Shown piece after piece: positions 15,865 to 34,315 of a DNA stretch of 64,000 bases; the stretch's first letter is position 1; the number at the start of each line of letters is the position of its first letter. The translations under genes were made by a program, and so were the position numbers. The notes beneath the pieces were generated by a model that was given only the letters and a program-made list of their open reading frames with translations, ran no database searches and was not told where the DNA came from. The DNA is from a phage, in assembly GCA_023551395.1 (NCBI GenBank), contig GCA_023551395.1_3945.1; one strand, written 5' to 3'.

Positions 15865-16263
15865 ATGAAAACAGAATCTAGAGTAATTAATGGCAAGAAA
15901 GTAAATATCGTTCTGCTTGGGGCAAGAGATGGTATTAAGATGTCTATGAAGTTGGGTAAAATTGTTGTTCCAACCTTTGCACAGATGCTATCAAGTCTGA
16001 CTGACAAGGGTAAGAAGGAAGCTCCAATGGTTCCATTTAAAGAGCTTGTTGAAGCTTGTTTTGACAGAATTGAAGAAATTAACCTTGAAGAGATGGCTAC
16101 CTTATTATTTCAAGGGGCAACTGTTGACGACTTCCCACTTAATATTGATACGTACTTCCAAGCAAACTACGGTGAGTTTATTGATTACTTAGCATTTGCG
16201 CTGGAGGCAAACTTCGGAAGTTTTTTCGAAGCAAGCATTTTCAAAAGCCTAACTTCTCAGTAA
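15865..16263 (+). CDS. tail assembly chaperone (putative)
   Basis: 132-aa acidic ORF directly upstream of tape measure. Confidence 0.45.
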   Translation: MKTESRVINGKKVNIVLLGARDGIKMSMKLGKIVVPTFAQMLSSLTDKGKKEAPMVPFKELVEACFDRIEEINLEEMATLLFQGATVDDFPLNIDTYFQANYGEFIDYLAFALEANFGSFFEASIFKSLTSQ

Positions 16264-16265
16264 AC

Positions 16266-16504
16266 ATGGGTAACACTCTACAGACACCACTAACTGATGC
16301 TGCTGTAGAGGCAACCTATGAAGAAGCAGACGAGATGAAATTTGTGCTTGCTATTTATGGTATGGAAGGGTGTAAAGAAACACTTGACCAACTCTTTGCT
16401 ATGACATTCTCTGATTTATTATCATTGAGACAATTTCTTGAGATTCAGAGGTCGTATAAAGAGGAAATTGCTTACAACGAACTTAGAAGAGCAGGAAAAA
16501 TGTA

Positions 16505-16505
<1 letters not shown>
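16266..16505 (+). CDS. tail assembly chaperone, second ORF (putative)
   Basis: 79-aa ORF between chaperone candidate and tape measure; ATGTAATG overlap with TMP start. Confidence 0.4.
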
Positions 16506-24524
<8,019 letters not shown>

Positions 24525-24526
24525 TA

Positions 24527-25714
24527 ATGGCAGTAGGTGAAATTCAAATTAGTGCCTTGCCTCAAGCAGCCTTACCAATTGACCTTAGTGATATCTTCCA
24601 TCTTAAACAAGGTATTGAGGATAAGAGATGCACTCTTGAGCAATTACTTGCTCCACACTCAAGCCTAAGAAATAACCCTCATGGTGTTACTAAAACACAA
24701 ATTGGTTTAGATAACGTTATCAATGCTCTTCAGTTAGTTGCTGCAAATAACTTATCAGACGTTACTAATGTAGCTCAGGCAAGAGCAAATCTACAGATTA
24801 TGTCTTCAGAAGAGGTTAATAATCTTGTTCAACAGCATATTCAGGACAAGAGCAACCCACATAATACAACTAAGGCACAGGTAGGATTGAGTAATGTTCA
24901 GAACTGGACAACATCTAACCTTTATAACGAAGATGCAGATAAGTATGCTACAGCAAGAGCAGTAAATAACTTGTACAAGGCTGTTCAGGCTTCTTATCCA
25001 GTAGGTACTATCCATCTTTCCATGAACTCTGCAAACCCTTCTACGTATTTAATTTGTGGAGGAACTTGGGAGTTAGTTTCAAAAGGTAGAGCATTGGTTG
25101 GTTATGACTCTGACACAAGACCAGCAGGTTCTGTATTTGGTGCTTCAACTGTCACTTTGTCAGTTAATAACATGCCTCAACACTCTCACTCTGTGTCTCT
25201 TAGTGGTGGTGGTCATACTCATAATGCAACGGTGTCAATTTCAGCTTTTGACTATGGGACTAAGACTACCAACTCTTTTGACTATGGAACTAAGACCACT
25301 AACACAACTGGTAACCACAACCATGTTGGTAGTGGGTCAACAAGTTCTGCTGGTGCTCATAACCACAGATTGACCTATGAATCAGGTGGTGGTTTATCGG
25401 AAAGACCTGCAATGGTTTGGTCTTCAAGGAATGACCAATCATGGTACTCAGCAGATGCTGTCTGTGAAGTAGCTGGTGCACACACTCACTCTTTCAGTGT
25501 TACCACTAACACAACTGGTAACCACAACCATACGGTTGGTATTGGTGCTCATAGCCACACAGTTGGTATTGGTTCGCATACACATAATGGTACTGTAACA
25601 GTTTCTTCTTCTGAACATACGCATAGCGGGAACACTAATAGTGTTGGTGGTGGACAAGCTTTCAATATTGAGCAGCCATCCTTCGTACTGTATGTATGGC
25701 AGAGAACGGCTTAA
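24527..25714 (+). CDS. tail fibre protein (short) with His-rich HxH C-terminal domain
   Basis: N-terminal tail-fibre-type repeats (NPHGVTKTQIGLDNV, NPHNTTKAQVGLSNV); C-terminal repeated NHNH/HTHS/HSHT motifs; C-terminus homologous to that of 25761-28139. Confidence 0.75.
   Translation: MAVGEIQISALPQAALPIDLSDIFHLKQGIEDKRCTLEQLLAPHSSLRNNPHGVTKTQIGLDNVINALQLVAANNLSDVTNVAQARANLQIMSSEEVNNLVQQHIQDKSNPHNTTKAQVGLSNVQNWTTSNLYNEDADKYATARAVNNLYKAVQASYPVGTIHLSMNSANPSTYLICGGTWELVSKGRALVGYDSDTRPAGSVFGASTVTLSVNNMPQHSHSVSLSGGGHTHNATVSISAFDYGTKTTNSFDYGTKTTNTTGNHNHVGSGSTSSAGAHNHRLTYESGGGLSERPAMVWSSRNDQSWYSADAVCEVAGAHTHSFSVTTNTTGNHNHTVGIGAHSHTVGIGSHTHNGTVTVSSSEHTHSGNTNSVGGGQAFNIEQPSFVLYVWQRTA
25247..25306. repeat. 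30-bp in-frame tandem duplication inside tail-fibre gene
   Basis: Two adjacent 30-nt units, ~26/30 identical, encoding FDYGTKTTNS / FDYGTKTTNT. Confidence 0.8.
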
Positions 25715-25723
25715 TTTCTTTAC

Positions 25724-25745
25724 AGGGGCTTTATAGCCCCTTTTA
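25724..25745 (+). terminator. intrinsic terminator
   Basis: Stem GGGGCT/AGCCCC with loop TTAT followed by TTTT. Confidence 0.6.
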
Positions 25746-25760
25746 AGAGGAAAATTTATA

Positions 25761-28139
25761 ATGGCAGATTACAAGTTGAGTGAATTAAACTCAATCGATA
25801 CAATCCGTTCAGATGACCTTCTTCATGTCAGAGTTAAAAAGAGACCTGAAATGCTGGGTGATGAAGACCGTCGAATGACCTATCAAGACTTCTTAGCATC
25901 TTTTAAACTCGAAAGATTTGTTCAGATTGCTGGTAGCACTATGACGGGTGACTTAGGTATTGTCAAACTTCTTTATGGTGGTAAGGCAGTATTTGACCCA
26001 ACAGGCTCTTCTGAGATTAATATTGGGGACGTTTTAAAGACTTTTAAAATTAACTCAAACGGTCTTAAGCTAACTATTGCAGACGCTTCAAGGTCGGCAA
26101 CTGTTTATCACACTCTGAATAAACCAAGTCCTAATGAACTTGGAATGAGAACTAATGAAGAGAATGATGCAAGATACTCAAGATTAGCTGCAAATAACAT
26201 CTTTACCTTCCAACAGGTTATTCAAGCAAATGGCGAAGCTATTAGACTAAAAAACTCTTCTGAGAACTCCCCGTTGTATATTAGAGGTCAGGATAGCACT
26301 GGTGCTAATAGGTGGTATGTAGGTAATGGTTCAGGGAATGATGATGTTATTATCCACAACTACAAGACAGGTTGTGAAGTTAATCTGTCTAGTGTTGCTG
26401 CTATTAGCAAGACACTAAGAATCACTGGTCAAGTTCAACCATCTGACTTCTCTAACTTAGATGCTAGATATTTTACTCAGACAGTAGCTAATCAGAGATT
26501 TGCACAGTTAAATGCTAGTAATGTTCTTTATGGTGCTAATACATTTAAAAAAGATGTTGTATTTAACTCAGATATCCCTGTCATTCTTAAGAGTCTAACA
26601 GCTAACAAACCATTATATATTCTAGGTAGAGATGACCAAAACTCCAACTTGTGGTTTGTTGGTAAAGGTGGTTCGGGAACAGAGATTAAATTCTATAACT
26701 ATGTGAGTGATACGGTTTTAGAGTTGTCTGAGACGGCAAGATTTAATAAAACTTTGAAGATTACTGGTCAAGTTCAACCATCTGATTGGACTAACATTGA
26801 CTCTAGATATATTCCAGCAGCAACTTTGAGTAATCTTGCTAAGATTAATGTGGCTAACACTTTTACAAATGTGCAGACTATTGTATCTAACAATGAAGGT
26901 CTAGTATTGAGGAACTTAACACAGGGTCAGCCACAATATATCCGTGGTGTTGATACTGCGAATGTATCTAGGTGGTGGGTAGGTGTAGGTGGTACAAATT
27001 CTACTGATGTAGCCTTAAACAACAGCTCATCTGGGACTCAAATTACCCTTATGACTTCAGCGATTAAGGCTAATAAGAATCTAACCATTACTGGTCAAGT
27101 TCAACCTTCTGATTGGTCTAACTTAGATGCTAGATATTTTGTTAAAACTCAGTTATTAAACCAATCCTTAATGACTGTCTCTGTAGATAACCTTGAAAAC
27201 CCTTCAGGTTTTAATCTTGGATATTCAGGTTTTGTCAGAAACAATGCGGTTACTAGTGGACTGAAAGAATTGGCAATCCATGTTGCGCACTCTAATAAGA
27301 CTGCTGCACATGCAAGAGGAATCTCTTTTGTGTATGGCTCAAATGGACTGGCAACATTTACCTATGCCTATGACAAAAATGGTGACTATGCCGGAGAAGC
27401 ACAGATTTATACAACTGATTTTAAACCAACCCCTTCAGATATTGGTGCATACACTAAAGCTGAAACTGACCAGAAGATTGCACAAGCTGTAAGCGACTCC
27501 ACAGACCTTAACAAAATCTATCCAGTGGGTATTGTAACGTGGTTTAACAGTAATGTTGACCCTAATACGGCACTTCCTGGTCTAACTTGGACGTACCTGA
27601 ACAATGGTGTTGGTAGAACTATCAGAATTGCAGCAGCAAACGGTTCAGATGTTGCTACAACTGGTGGTTCAGATTCTGTGACGTTAGCTGTTGGTAACTT
27701 ACCATCACACACCCATAGTTTCTCTGCTACCACTTCATCTTTTGATTATGGTACGAAGAACACTAATAGCACTGGTGGTCATACTCACTCTGTAAGTGGT
27801 ACAACAAGTGCTGCTGGTAACCACGCTCACCACTTAGGTCTGCTATTGGTTAATGGTGGTGATGCTCAGTACGGATATACCACTATTGGTAACAATAAGA
27901 CAAGAACTCTTGACTGGCTTGACAGAACTGATAACAAATTCCCTAACACTAACACAACTGGTAACCATACACACACATGGTCTGGTACTACAAGTAACAC
28001 TGGTGCTCACACCCACTCTGTAGGTATCGGTGCTCACACTCATACAGTTAGTGGTAACACTGGTGGTACAGGTTCTGGTTCAGCATTTAGTGTTACTAAC
28101 CAGTTCTACAAGTTAATGGCTTGGGTAAGAACTGCTTAA
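25761..28139 (+). CDS. tail fibre protein (long) with three internal ~95-aa repeats and HxH C-terminal domain
   Basis: 792 aa; three copies of ...ITGQVQPSD(F/W)(S/T)N(L/I)D(A/S)RY...; C-terminal [27 protein letters not shown] motifs shared with 24527-25714. Confidence 0.8.
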   Translation: MADYKLSELNSIDTIRSDDLLHVRVKKRPEMLGDEDRRMTYQDFLASFKLERFVQIAGSTMTGDLGIVKLLYGGKAVFDPTGSSEINIGDVLKTFKINSNGLKLTIADASRSATVYHTLNKPSPNELGMRTNEENDARYSRLAANNIFTFQQVIQANGEAIRLKNSSENSPLYIRGQDSTGANRWYVGNGSGNDDVIIHNYKTGCEVNLSSVAAISKTLRITGQVQPSDFSNLDARYFTQTVANQRFAQLNASNVLYGANTFKKDVVFNSDIPVILKSLTANKPLYILGRDDQNSNLWFVGKGGSGTEIKFYNYVSDTVLELSETARFNKTLKITGQVQPSDWTNIDSRYIPAATLSNLAKINVANTFTNVQTIVSNNEGLVLRNLTQGQPQYIRGVDTANVSRWWVGVGGTNSTDVALNNSSSGTQITLMTSAIKANKNLTITGQVQPSDWSNLDARYFVKTQLLNQSLMTVSVDNLENPSGFNLGYSGFVRNNAVTSGLKELAIHVAHSNKTAAHARGISFVYGSNGLATFTYAYDKNGDYAGEAQIYTTDFKPTPSDIGAYTKAETDQKIAQAVSDSTDLNKIYPVGIVTWFNSNVDPNTALPGLTWTYLNNGVGRTIRIAAANGSDVATTGGSDSVTLAVGNLPSHTHSFSATTSSFDYGTKNTNSTGGHTHSVSGTTSAAGNHAHHLGLLLVNGGDAQYGYTTIGNNKTRTLDWLDRTDNKFPNTNTTGNHTHTWSGTTSNTGAHTHSVGIGAHTHTVSGNTGGTGSGSAFSVTNQFYKLMAWVRTA
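26270..27130. repeat. three tandem ~285-bp coding repeats within long tail-fibre gene
   Basis: DNA segments containing ACTGGTCAAGTTCAACC(A/T)TCTGA recur at ~26424, ~26764 and ~27091. Confidence 0.75.
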
Positions 28140-28145
28140 TCCCTT

Positions 28146-28174
28146 GTTGACTGATTGTTGAGATGGTGTTAATA
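28146..28174 (+). promoter_or_regulatory. sigma70-like promoter (TTGACT, 17 bp, TAATAT)
   Basis: -35 at 28146-28151 and -10 at 28169-28174; upstream of small membrane-protein genes. Confidence 0.5.
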
Positions 28175-28218
28175 TTCTTTATTGGTATTCTCACCATCTT
28201 GGCTGATGAGGTGATTAA

Positions 28219-28416
28219 ATGCCTACAATCCTAGCAATTCTTCTAAAAAATCTAGGTAGCTTCTTCTGGAAACTCATTTTATCCCTTCTAAGTGAATACA
28301 TGATTGAGAAAGTGTTCTTTAGGCTTGCAAGATACCTTGCGAGTAAAACAGACACACCTATTGATGATGAGTTCGTAGATAACTTAGAAAAAGCTTTTAA
28401 GGGGGAGAATAAATGA
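28219..28416 (+). CDS. hypothetical small hydrophobic protein
   Basis: 65-aa ORF with hydrophobic N-terminus downstream of promoter; overlaps start of next ORF. Confidence 0.35.
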   Translation: MPTILAILLKNLGSFFWKLILSLLSEYMIEKVFFRLARYLASKTDTPIDDEFVDNLEKAFKGENK

Positions 28417-28784
28417 AGTGGCTAGAGGAAGCTTTTAAAAATAATATTGGTGCAATTGTTGTTGGTATTTTTAGTGTTATTGGGATGTATACCACTATGC
28501 AAGTTTCAAGTGGTAAGCAAGAAGTGTCTGTCACAACAAAGTTACAGCAGCTAGATAATTATTCCAAAAGTAACTATTCAGCTATTCGTGATTTACAGTC
28601 TGACATGAGACTGATTCAGCTAGGGATGGAGAACCAGAAAGTTCAGTTAGAGAACGTTAAGGGTGAGAATGCAAAACTTACCAAAACTCTTGATAAATTC
28701 TCTGACAGTGTGAATAATCTGGCTCAATCAGTATCAGCCTTGCAAGCTATTACTGAAAAGAACACAAAGAATACTGAAAAATAA
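28413..28784 (+). CDS. membrane-anchored coiled-coil protein (possible lysis/spanin-like or fibre accessory)
   Basis: 123 aa: N-terminal transmembrane segment (IGAIVVGIFSVIGMY) then heptad-like helical region; function not assignable. Confidence 0.4.
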   Translation: MKWLEEAFKNNIGAIVVGIFSVIGMYTTMQVSSGKQEVSVTTKLQQLDNYSKSNYSAIRDLQSDMRLIQLGMENQKVQLENVKGENAKLTKTLDKFSDSVNNLAQSVSALQAITEKNTKNTEK

Positions 28785-28789
28785 AGTTT

Positions 28790-28818
28790 AAGGCTCCTTT
28801 TTACGGGAGCCTTTTTTG
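28790..28818. terminator. terminator between convergent gene blocks
   Basis: Stem AGGCTCC/GGAGCCT followed by TTTTTTGTTTT on + strand; sits between + gene ending 28784 and - gene ending 28821. Confidence 0.7.
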
Positions 28819-28820
28819 TT

Positions 28821-29720
28821 TTACTTGCCTACTGACAGAGGTGCTTCAATCTTCCCTGCATGTTGGTAGTTGTTAATTCCACCAATAAAGTCACTTGCAG
28901 TAAGATGTTTTAAGTCACTTAAAGTGTTAAGCTGTACACCAATCTCAAAAGTAGGTGCATGGAACTCTTCATTGTTCATCAGTTCATAAACCTGCTTCAT
29001 ATGGTTCTGATAAATCTGAGTATCTCCAAAGACACCTATCAAGTACCGTGGAGTGTATCCAGTCATCTTGCAAAGAACTTCCAGAATAAAACCATAAGAC
29101 GCAATATTAAATGGAAGTCCTAAAAAGGTGTCTACAGAACGTTGATACCATTGTAAGTCAACTTCACCTTCATTAGTGATATAAATCTGAAACAGAACAT
29201 GACAAGGTGCTAAAGCCATTGAGTTTGCTGCAATATCTGCTGCATTCCAAGCATTAACAAGCATGTAACGGTCTGTGATATCACCCTTCATCTTCGTTAC
29301 TAAGGCCTCTAACTGGTCTACAACACAACCATTATGACCTTCGAAGTTTCTCCACTGAACCCCGTAGATTCTCCCACCTGCATCTTCTAACCAGTCTTGC
29401 TCAGAAGAATAGTTAGAGCTTAACCAACGTTTAAAATCATCTGACCAGATGGTCCAACGTTCTCCATCATTTTCACCCCAAGTGCGATAACGGAGTTCAC
29501 CAAGTTTATTCTCACCATTCAGGAACCATAAAGCTTCCCCAATAACTTGCCGTGTAAACACCTGTTTAGATGTTAAGAGTGGGAAACCAGTACGCATATC
29601 AAAACGAAACTGTGGTGGAGCAAATGCAGAGATAACATCTCCAGTTCGTGTAGTACGCAGTTCACCAACGGATAAAACATGGTTCAGGATATTTTTGTAA
29701 CTTGAATCTGCTTGTGACAT
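28821..29720 (-). CDS. thyA: thymidylate synthase
   Basis: 299 aa with active-site region LAPCHVLFQ and other ThyA-family conserved blocks. Confidence 0.9.
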   Translation of the reverse strand: MSQADSSYKNILNHVLSVGELRTTRTGDVISAFAPPQFRFDMRTGFPLLTSKQVFTRQVIGEALWFLNGENKLGELRYRTWGENDGERWTIWSDDFKRWLSSNYSSEQDWLEDAGGRIYGVQWRNFEGHNGCVVDQLEALVTKMKGDITDRYMLVNAWNAADIAANSMALAPCHVLFQIYITNEGEVDLQWYQRSVDTFLGLPFNIASYGFILEVLCKMTGYTPRYLIGVFGDTQIYQNHMKQVYELMNNEEFHAPTFEIGVQLNTLSDLKHLTASDFIGGINNYQHAGKIEAPLSVGK

Positions 29721-29721
29721 A

Positions 29722-30267
29722 TCAAAAGTGTCCTTTTACTTGTGGAACATAAATTTCAAAAGTTGCTTTACCATCCTCTGATGGTTTTGACTGTACCTTT
29801 GTAAATACACGGTTATCATACAGCTTCTCAAAGAAGTTTTCAAAAGGTAAATGCACAGTAGCCTCTTCAGTAACTTTATGGAAGACTGTATGGAACACCA
29901 CACCAGCATACGGTAAAGCATTGACAAGGACACCTGCACCACCAATTACAAAGACATCTTCATCAATAGAGCTATCAAGATACTTCAAAAATGCTCCAAA
30001 GGATTCTTTGCTGGCCTTAGCATACATTACACCATCTTTGCCAAAATCTATACCTAAGTATGGTACAGAATTTGTTAAGATTAGGTTTGCACGTTCTGGT
30101 AGAGGTTTACTACCCAGAGTCTTAAAAGTCTCATTACCCATGACTACTAAGTTATTTTTAGTGAGTCTCTTAAACTCTTGCATGTCCTGTTTATGTCGAG
30201 GCCACGGCATACCAGTTGGAGTACCAAATTCACCGTTTTCACCACTTGCAAATATCAGCTTAATCAT
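29722..30267 (-). CDS. dihydrofolate reductase
   Basis: 181 aa; N-terminal DHFR signature MIKLIFASGENGEFGTPTGMPWP; adjacent to thyA. Confidence 0.85.
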   Translation of the reverse strand: MIKLIFASGENGEFGTPTGMPWPRHKQDMQEFKRLTKNNLVVMGNETFKTLGSKPLPERANLILTNSVPYLGIDFGKDGVMYAKASKESFGAFLKYLDSSIDEDVFVIGGAGVLVNALPYAGVVFHTVFHKVTEEATVHLPFENFFEKLYDNRVFTKVQSKPSEDGKATFEIYVPQVKGHF

Positions 30268-30524
30268 TTTGTAAACCCTTTCTTAATGAACCAGTTGATG
30301 ACACTCTTCACAACTTTACTACGATGGTAGATAAAATGTGGAGAGGGTTGGTATGAACCATAAGCCCAGAAAGCGATAATTTCATTACACCCTGTGCATC
30401 GGGTACTTTCTTCAGCAATATGACCGTTGACTATTTCACTTACCTCACCTTGTAAGTCTGTACACCCGCAATGTGGACATCGGATAGGTGTTCCATCAGA
30501 CTCATAGCAGTGTTCAATTTTCAT
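30264..30524 (-). CDS. small zinc-ribbon protein
   Basis: 86 aa with CPHCGC ... CTGCN cysteine pairs. Confidence 0.5.
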   Translation of the reverse strand: MKIEHCYESDGTPIRCPHCGCTDLQGEVSEIVNGHIAEESTRCTGCNEIIAFWAYGSYQPSPHFIYHRSKVVKSVINWFIKKGFTK

Positions 30525-31040
30525 TTATTTAACCTCAAAAACTGGTTCAAGAACCAATATAAAATCTACACAGTCATCTTCTTCATCCAGAATACCATCA
30601 AAGTTCTTAGGAACGAAGTCGAAGAGGCTCATAACAAAGCAGTCAGAAGTAACCCTGATAGTTCCTCCCATATTCTCTACAGTCAACACTGTACGACTTT
30701 CTTTTACCTCTCTCAGAAGATTACTCACAAAGTCATCTAAGAAGTACTTCATCAGTGACTTAAAGCCTTTAGGGTAATCTGTACCAGAGTATGTTTCAAT
30801 TTGAGGTACAAGCTTAACATTTATACTGGTCTTTGTTAAGAATGTGCTAGAGAACATGCTATCAGGTAACTTACAAACAGTCTTTCCAGTACCTTCATGT
30901 TCAATCTCAACAAAACCAGCTTCGTCGCCACATGTAACTATTTTAAAAGATGCTTCATTCTCATACTGTGAAGCCATAAACTTTTTAAGCATTTCCTTAA
31001 GGAAATCTGCATGAGCATCTTGTAAGTAGATATCAATCAT
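30525..31040 (-). CDS. hypothetical protein
   Basis: 171-aa ORF in same operon, no recognisable motif. Confidence 0.45.
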   Translation of the reverse strand: MIDIYLQDAHADFLKEMLKKFMASQYENEASFKIVTCGDEAGFVEIEHEGTGKTVCKLPDSMFSSTFLTKTSINVKLVPQIETYSGTDYPKGFKSLMKYFLDDFVSNLLREVKESRTVLTVENMGGTIRVTSDCFVMSLFDFVPKNFDGILDEEDDCVDFILVLEPVFEVK

Positions 31041-31053
31041 AGTTAATTACCTA

Positions 31054-31413
31054 TTATGGGAACAGACACTTGATGTCATCATTTTTGAAAACGAAACTTG
31101 TGTAGTTGTGACCGTCAACATCCAACCAAACAGCCTGAACATCTACACCATCAAGATTCTGGTAAAGCTCTTTGATGAAGTGGTCTTTCACAACCTGACT
31201 GCTAGTGGTTTCCAGCTTAATGTTTGAGATTGCTGAACCTACAGCCATATAACCCATGACACGTTTCTTCTCAGTATGCTTAATCTTACCATCTTTGTAA
31301 GCCATAATGAGATTGGAAAGAATCTTCACACCATAATATTTTTCAAGGTGAGTAGGTACACCATAAAAGCCTAATGCGAAGTTTTCAGAGTGGATAATGT
31401 TTTCACGTTTCAT
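31054..31413 (-). CDS. hypothetical protein
   Basis: 119-aa ORF, no recognisable motif. Confidence 0.45.
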   Translation of the reverse strand: MKRENIIHSENFALGFYGVPTHLEKYYGVKILSNLIMAYKDGKIKHTEKKRVMGYMAVGSAISNIKLETTSSQVVKDHFIKELYQNLDGVDVQAVWLDVDGHNYTSFVFKNDDIKCLFP

Positions 31414-31414
31414 A

Positions 31415-31714
31415 TTAATCTGCCAGCCTTAAATTAAAATTAACACCAAATTTTTCGCATACTTCCAACATATACTCAAGGGAGACATTACCAGTGAGGT
31501 GGATTATGTTGGATACACGAGCCTGAGAGATACCACAAATTTTAGCAACTTGCTCTTGAGAAAGACCTCTGGATTTAATCTCTCTCTTAAAACGATGTGC
31601 AACGAAGTCTCTCATTTCGTCTACATCCATTGGACAAATATAACTCTCCATTTCAGCCTCTCTATCAGCCTCCCAATCATCTTGTGGAGCATAAGGGTCA
31701 AAAACCTCATTCAT
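31415..31714 (-). CDS. helix-turn-helix DNA-binding protein (XRE-like)
   Basis: HTH-like segment LSQEQVAKICGISQARVSNIIH; start moved to internal ATG (MNEVFDP) to limit overlap with upstream ORF. Confidence 0.5.
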   Translation of the reverse strand: MNEVFDPYAPQDDWEADREAEMESYICPMDVDEMRDFVAHRFKREIKSRGLSQEQVAKICGISQARVSNIIHLTGNVSLEYMLEVCEKFGVNFNLRLAD

Positions 31715-31919
31715 CTTTCTTCTTCCGTTTACGTGAAGTATCAATTAATGAGTCTATGTTTGTAGCTCTGACCTTTTCACGTTCATCATTAAGATAATCG
31801 TCAAGAGCCTTTTCAATCTGTGAATCATCCTGACAGATGACTGTAAAGACTGTAAAGCCGTCTGTATCGTCAATTATCTTACCATAACCGCTTCTGGGAT
31901 GTAACTTTTTAAGAGCCAT
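31707..31919 (-). CDS. hypothetical small protein with basic C-terminus
   Basis: 70-aa ORF ending in SRKRKKKDE. Confidence 0.35.
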   Translation of the reverse strand: MALKKLHPRSGYGKIIDDTDGFTVFTVICQDDSQIEKALDDYLNDEREKVRATNIDSLIDTSRKRKKKDE

Positions 31920-31920
31920 A

Positions 31921-32304
31921 TCAAATACCTGTGCAGCTTCTGTTTTCTAAGAAATACTCAACACCATACATAGCTTTTTGCATCAAATCTTCTTTAAACT
32001 GGATACGATGATTGAGCATAGCCTGTACATCAATATCATCAGGGTGCTTCTCTTTAATATTTGCAGATTGCAGGAAATACTCTGCAAGAACACGATACTG
32101 ATAGTCAGTTACCTTATCAGTCATCTCTGTTAAAGACTCTTCAGAGATTGGTTTAAGTAGTTCACCTTTAGATAGGGCAACACCTTTAACAATCTGGCAA
32201 GTGTCTTCTGGAACACCTGATAAGTCCACATTTGGAAGTTCTGTTGCATTGACTGGTAAATTCATTGCCATAACCATTGCAGCAGCTAATAAAATCTTTT
32301 TCAT
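31921..32304 (-). CDS. secreted/periplasmic protein with cleavable signal peptide
   Basis: 127 aa; N-terminus MKKILLAAAMVMAMNLPVNA is a typical Sec signal peptide. Confidence 0.5.
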   Translation of the reverse strand: MKKILLAAAMVMAMNLPVNATELPNVDLSGVPEDTCQIVKGVALSKGELLKPISEESLTEMTDKVTDYQYRVLAEYFLQSANIKEKHPDDIDVQAMLNHRIQFKEDLMQKAMYGVEYFLENRSCTGI

Positions 32305-32348
32305 AATGACCTCAAAGTTATATTAAATTTTGTATTACATTGAGTATA

Positions 32349-32395
32349 AAAATAAGCTATAACACCTGACTTGTCAACAGATTTTATAGCTTATT
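32349..32395 (-). promoter_or_regulatory. sigma70-like promoter (TTGACA, 17 bp, TATTTT) bracketed by a 12-bp perfect inverted repeat
   Basis: Minus-strand -35 at 32372-32377; arms AATAAGCTATAA (32351-32362) and TTATAGCTTATT (32384-32395) are exact reverse complements with a 21-bp spacer. Confidence 0.5.
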
Positions 32396-32410
32396 TGGCA
32401 GATTTTTTAT

Positions 32411-32680
32411 AAGGCTACTGCCATCCTTCCATACCTTACCTTACCACACCTAACCATACCTAACCATACCTAACCAAACTACACCATACAATACCTTGTT
32501 AAAAGACCCTTTTAAAGACCTTTTAAAAAGGTAAGTCTCATTTTAATGTAGCTGAGACTAACTACCCATACCAGACCCTACCTTACCAAACCAGACCTCA
32601 CCCTACCCCACCATACCGTATACTACCTCATTAAAAGACCCTCTTAAAGACCTTTTAAAAAGGAGCCTCCGAAGAGGCTA
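32411..32680. repeat. intergenic repeat element copy A (degenerate CCNWACC-type pyrimidine tracts plus conserved hairpin core)
   Basis: GGCTACTGCCATCC, runs of CCATACC/TAACC/AGACC units, and a core TTAAAGACCTTTTAAAAAGG + hairpin AGTCTCA...TGAGACT shared with 33811-34095. Confidence 0.75.
32655..32680 (-). terminator. intrinsic terminator (minus strand)
   Basis: On minus strand: stem AGCCTC/GAGGCT with TTCG loop then TTTTT; directly downstream of gene 32691-33131. Confidence 0.6.
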
Positions 32681-32690
32681 CCTAGTCAAC

Positions 32691-33131
32691 TTAGAAAGGT
32701 TTTCTGCGTTGCTTGTTAATGTTAGCTTTCATAGCAACTAAGTGGTTTTGCTGTTCAATTAGTCGTGAACGTTCTTGGTGGCTAAGTGCCATAGTGTTCA
32801 CATTCTCAATTGCTTGAGTAGCTTGCTTTAAAGCACGACCAATTTTACCAGACATTTTACGTTTTGCAATAGTTGCTTGATGTTTAGGCTCAACCACACG
32901 ATAACCAACACCCATTGAAGCAACCAGATAAATCTTCTCTTCTTTAAGAAGCTTTTCAATAAACTTCTCAAGTCGGTTTAGTCGTGTAAGTGCATAAGCC
33001 TTCATTTCATCTTCGTACTTAACAATGTCACCTTGATAAGTTGGCTTCACAATACCTAAGAAGGTATCCATCTCAGAATGTGATACAGTGTCACCGTAAC
33101 TAAACTTTGCTGCTAATGCTTTTGTATTCAT
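32691..33131 (-). CDS. hypothetical protein (cassette gene 2)
   Basis: 146-aa ORF between the two repeat elements, no recognisable motif. Confidence 0.45.
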   Translation of the reverse strand: MNTKALAAKFSYGDTVSHSEMDTFLGIVKPTYQGDIVKYEDEMKAYALTRLNRLEKFIEKLLKEEKIYLVASMGVGYRVVEPKHQATIAKRKMSGKIGRALKQATQAIENVNTMALSHQERSRLIEQQNHLVAMKANINKQRRKPF

Positions 33132-33133
33132 AA

Positions 33134-33739
<606 letters not shown>

Positions 33740-33810
33740 TTAGTTGATTGTTAAGTTGTTTGTAAAGAACCCTCAACAGAAGACTCTTTAGAAACTTGGT
33801 AGATTTTTAA

Positions 33811-34095
33811 CGTGGCTACTACCATCCACCCATACCATACCGAACCTTACCTTACCAAACCAGACCGCGCCTTACCAAACCAGACCAAACATTACTTTAC
33901 CCTACCTCATTAAAAAACCCTCTTAAAGACCTTTTAAAAAGGTAAGTCTCATTTTAATGTAGATGAGACTAACTACCCATACTGTACCGCACCTGACCCG
34001 ACCTGACCAGACCTAGCATTACCGTGCCACACCGTACCGAACAGAACACTACCATACCTCACATCACTTAAAAACCCTCTTAGAAGACTCTTAAG
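33811..34095. repeat. intergenic repeat element copy B
   Basis: GGCTACTACCATCC, pyrimidine-rich CC(N)ACC tracts, and a ~60-bp core almost identical to copy A (one mismatch in the hairpin loop). Confidence 0.75.
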
Positions 34096-34315
34096 TGATG
34101 CTGGTGAGTACCCGTTGGTTTATGCTGCTCAGTATACTCACCAAATTTTCTATGTCAACAACTTTTTATAAAAAAGTTCTGATAGCTATATGTGTCACGA
34201 AACAAAAGATTGTAAACAAGACACCCATTGCAAAAGATGTGTCCAAAAGCTTACTTGCAACGTATGACAATACAAAGACAACCAGTATAAACAGAATGAC
34301 TGTACTGAACATAGT

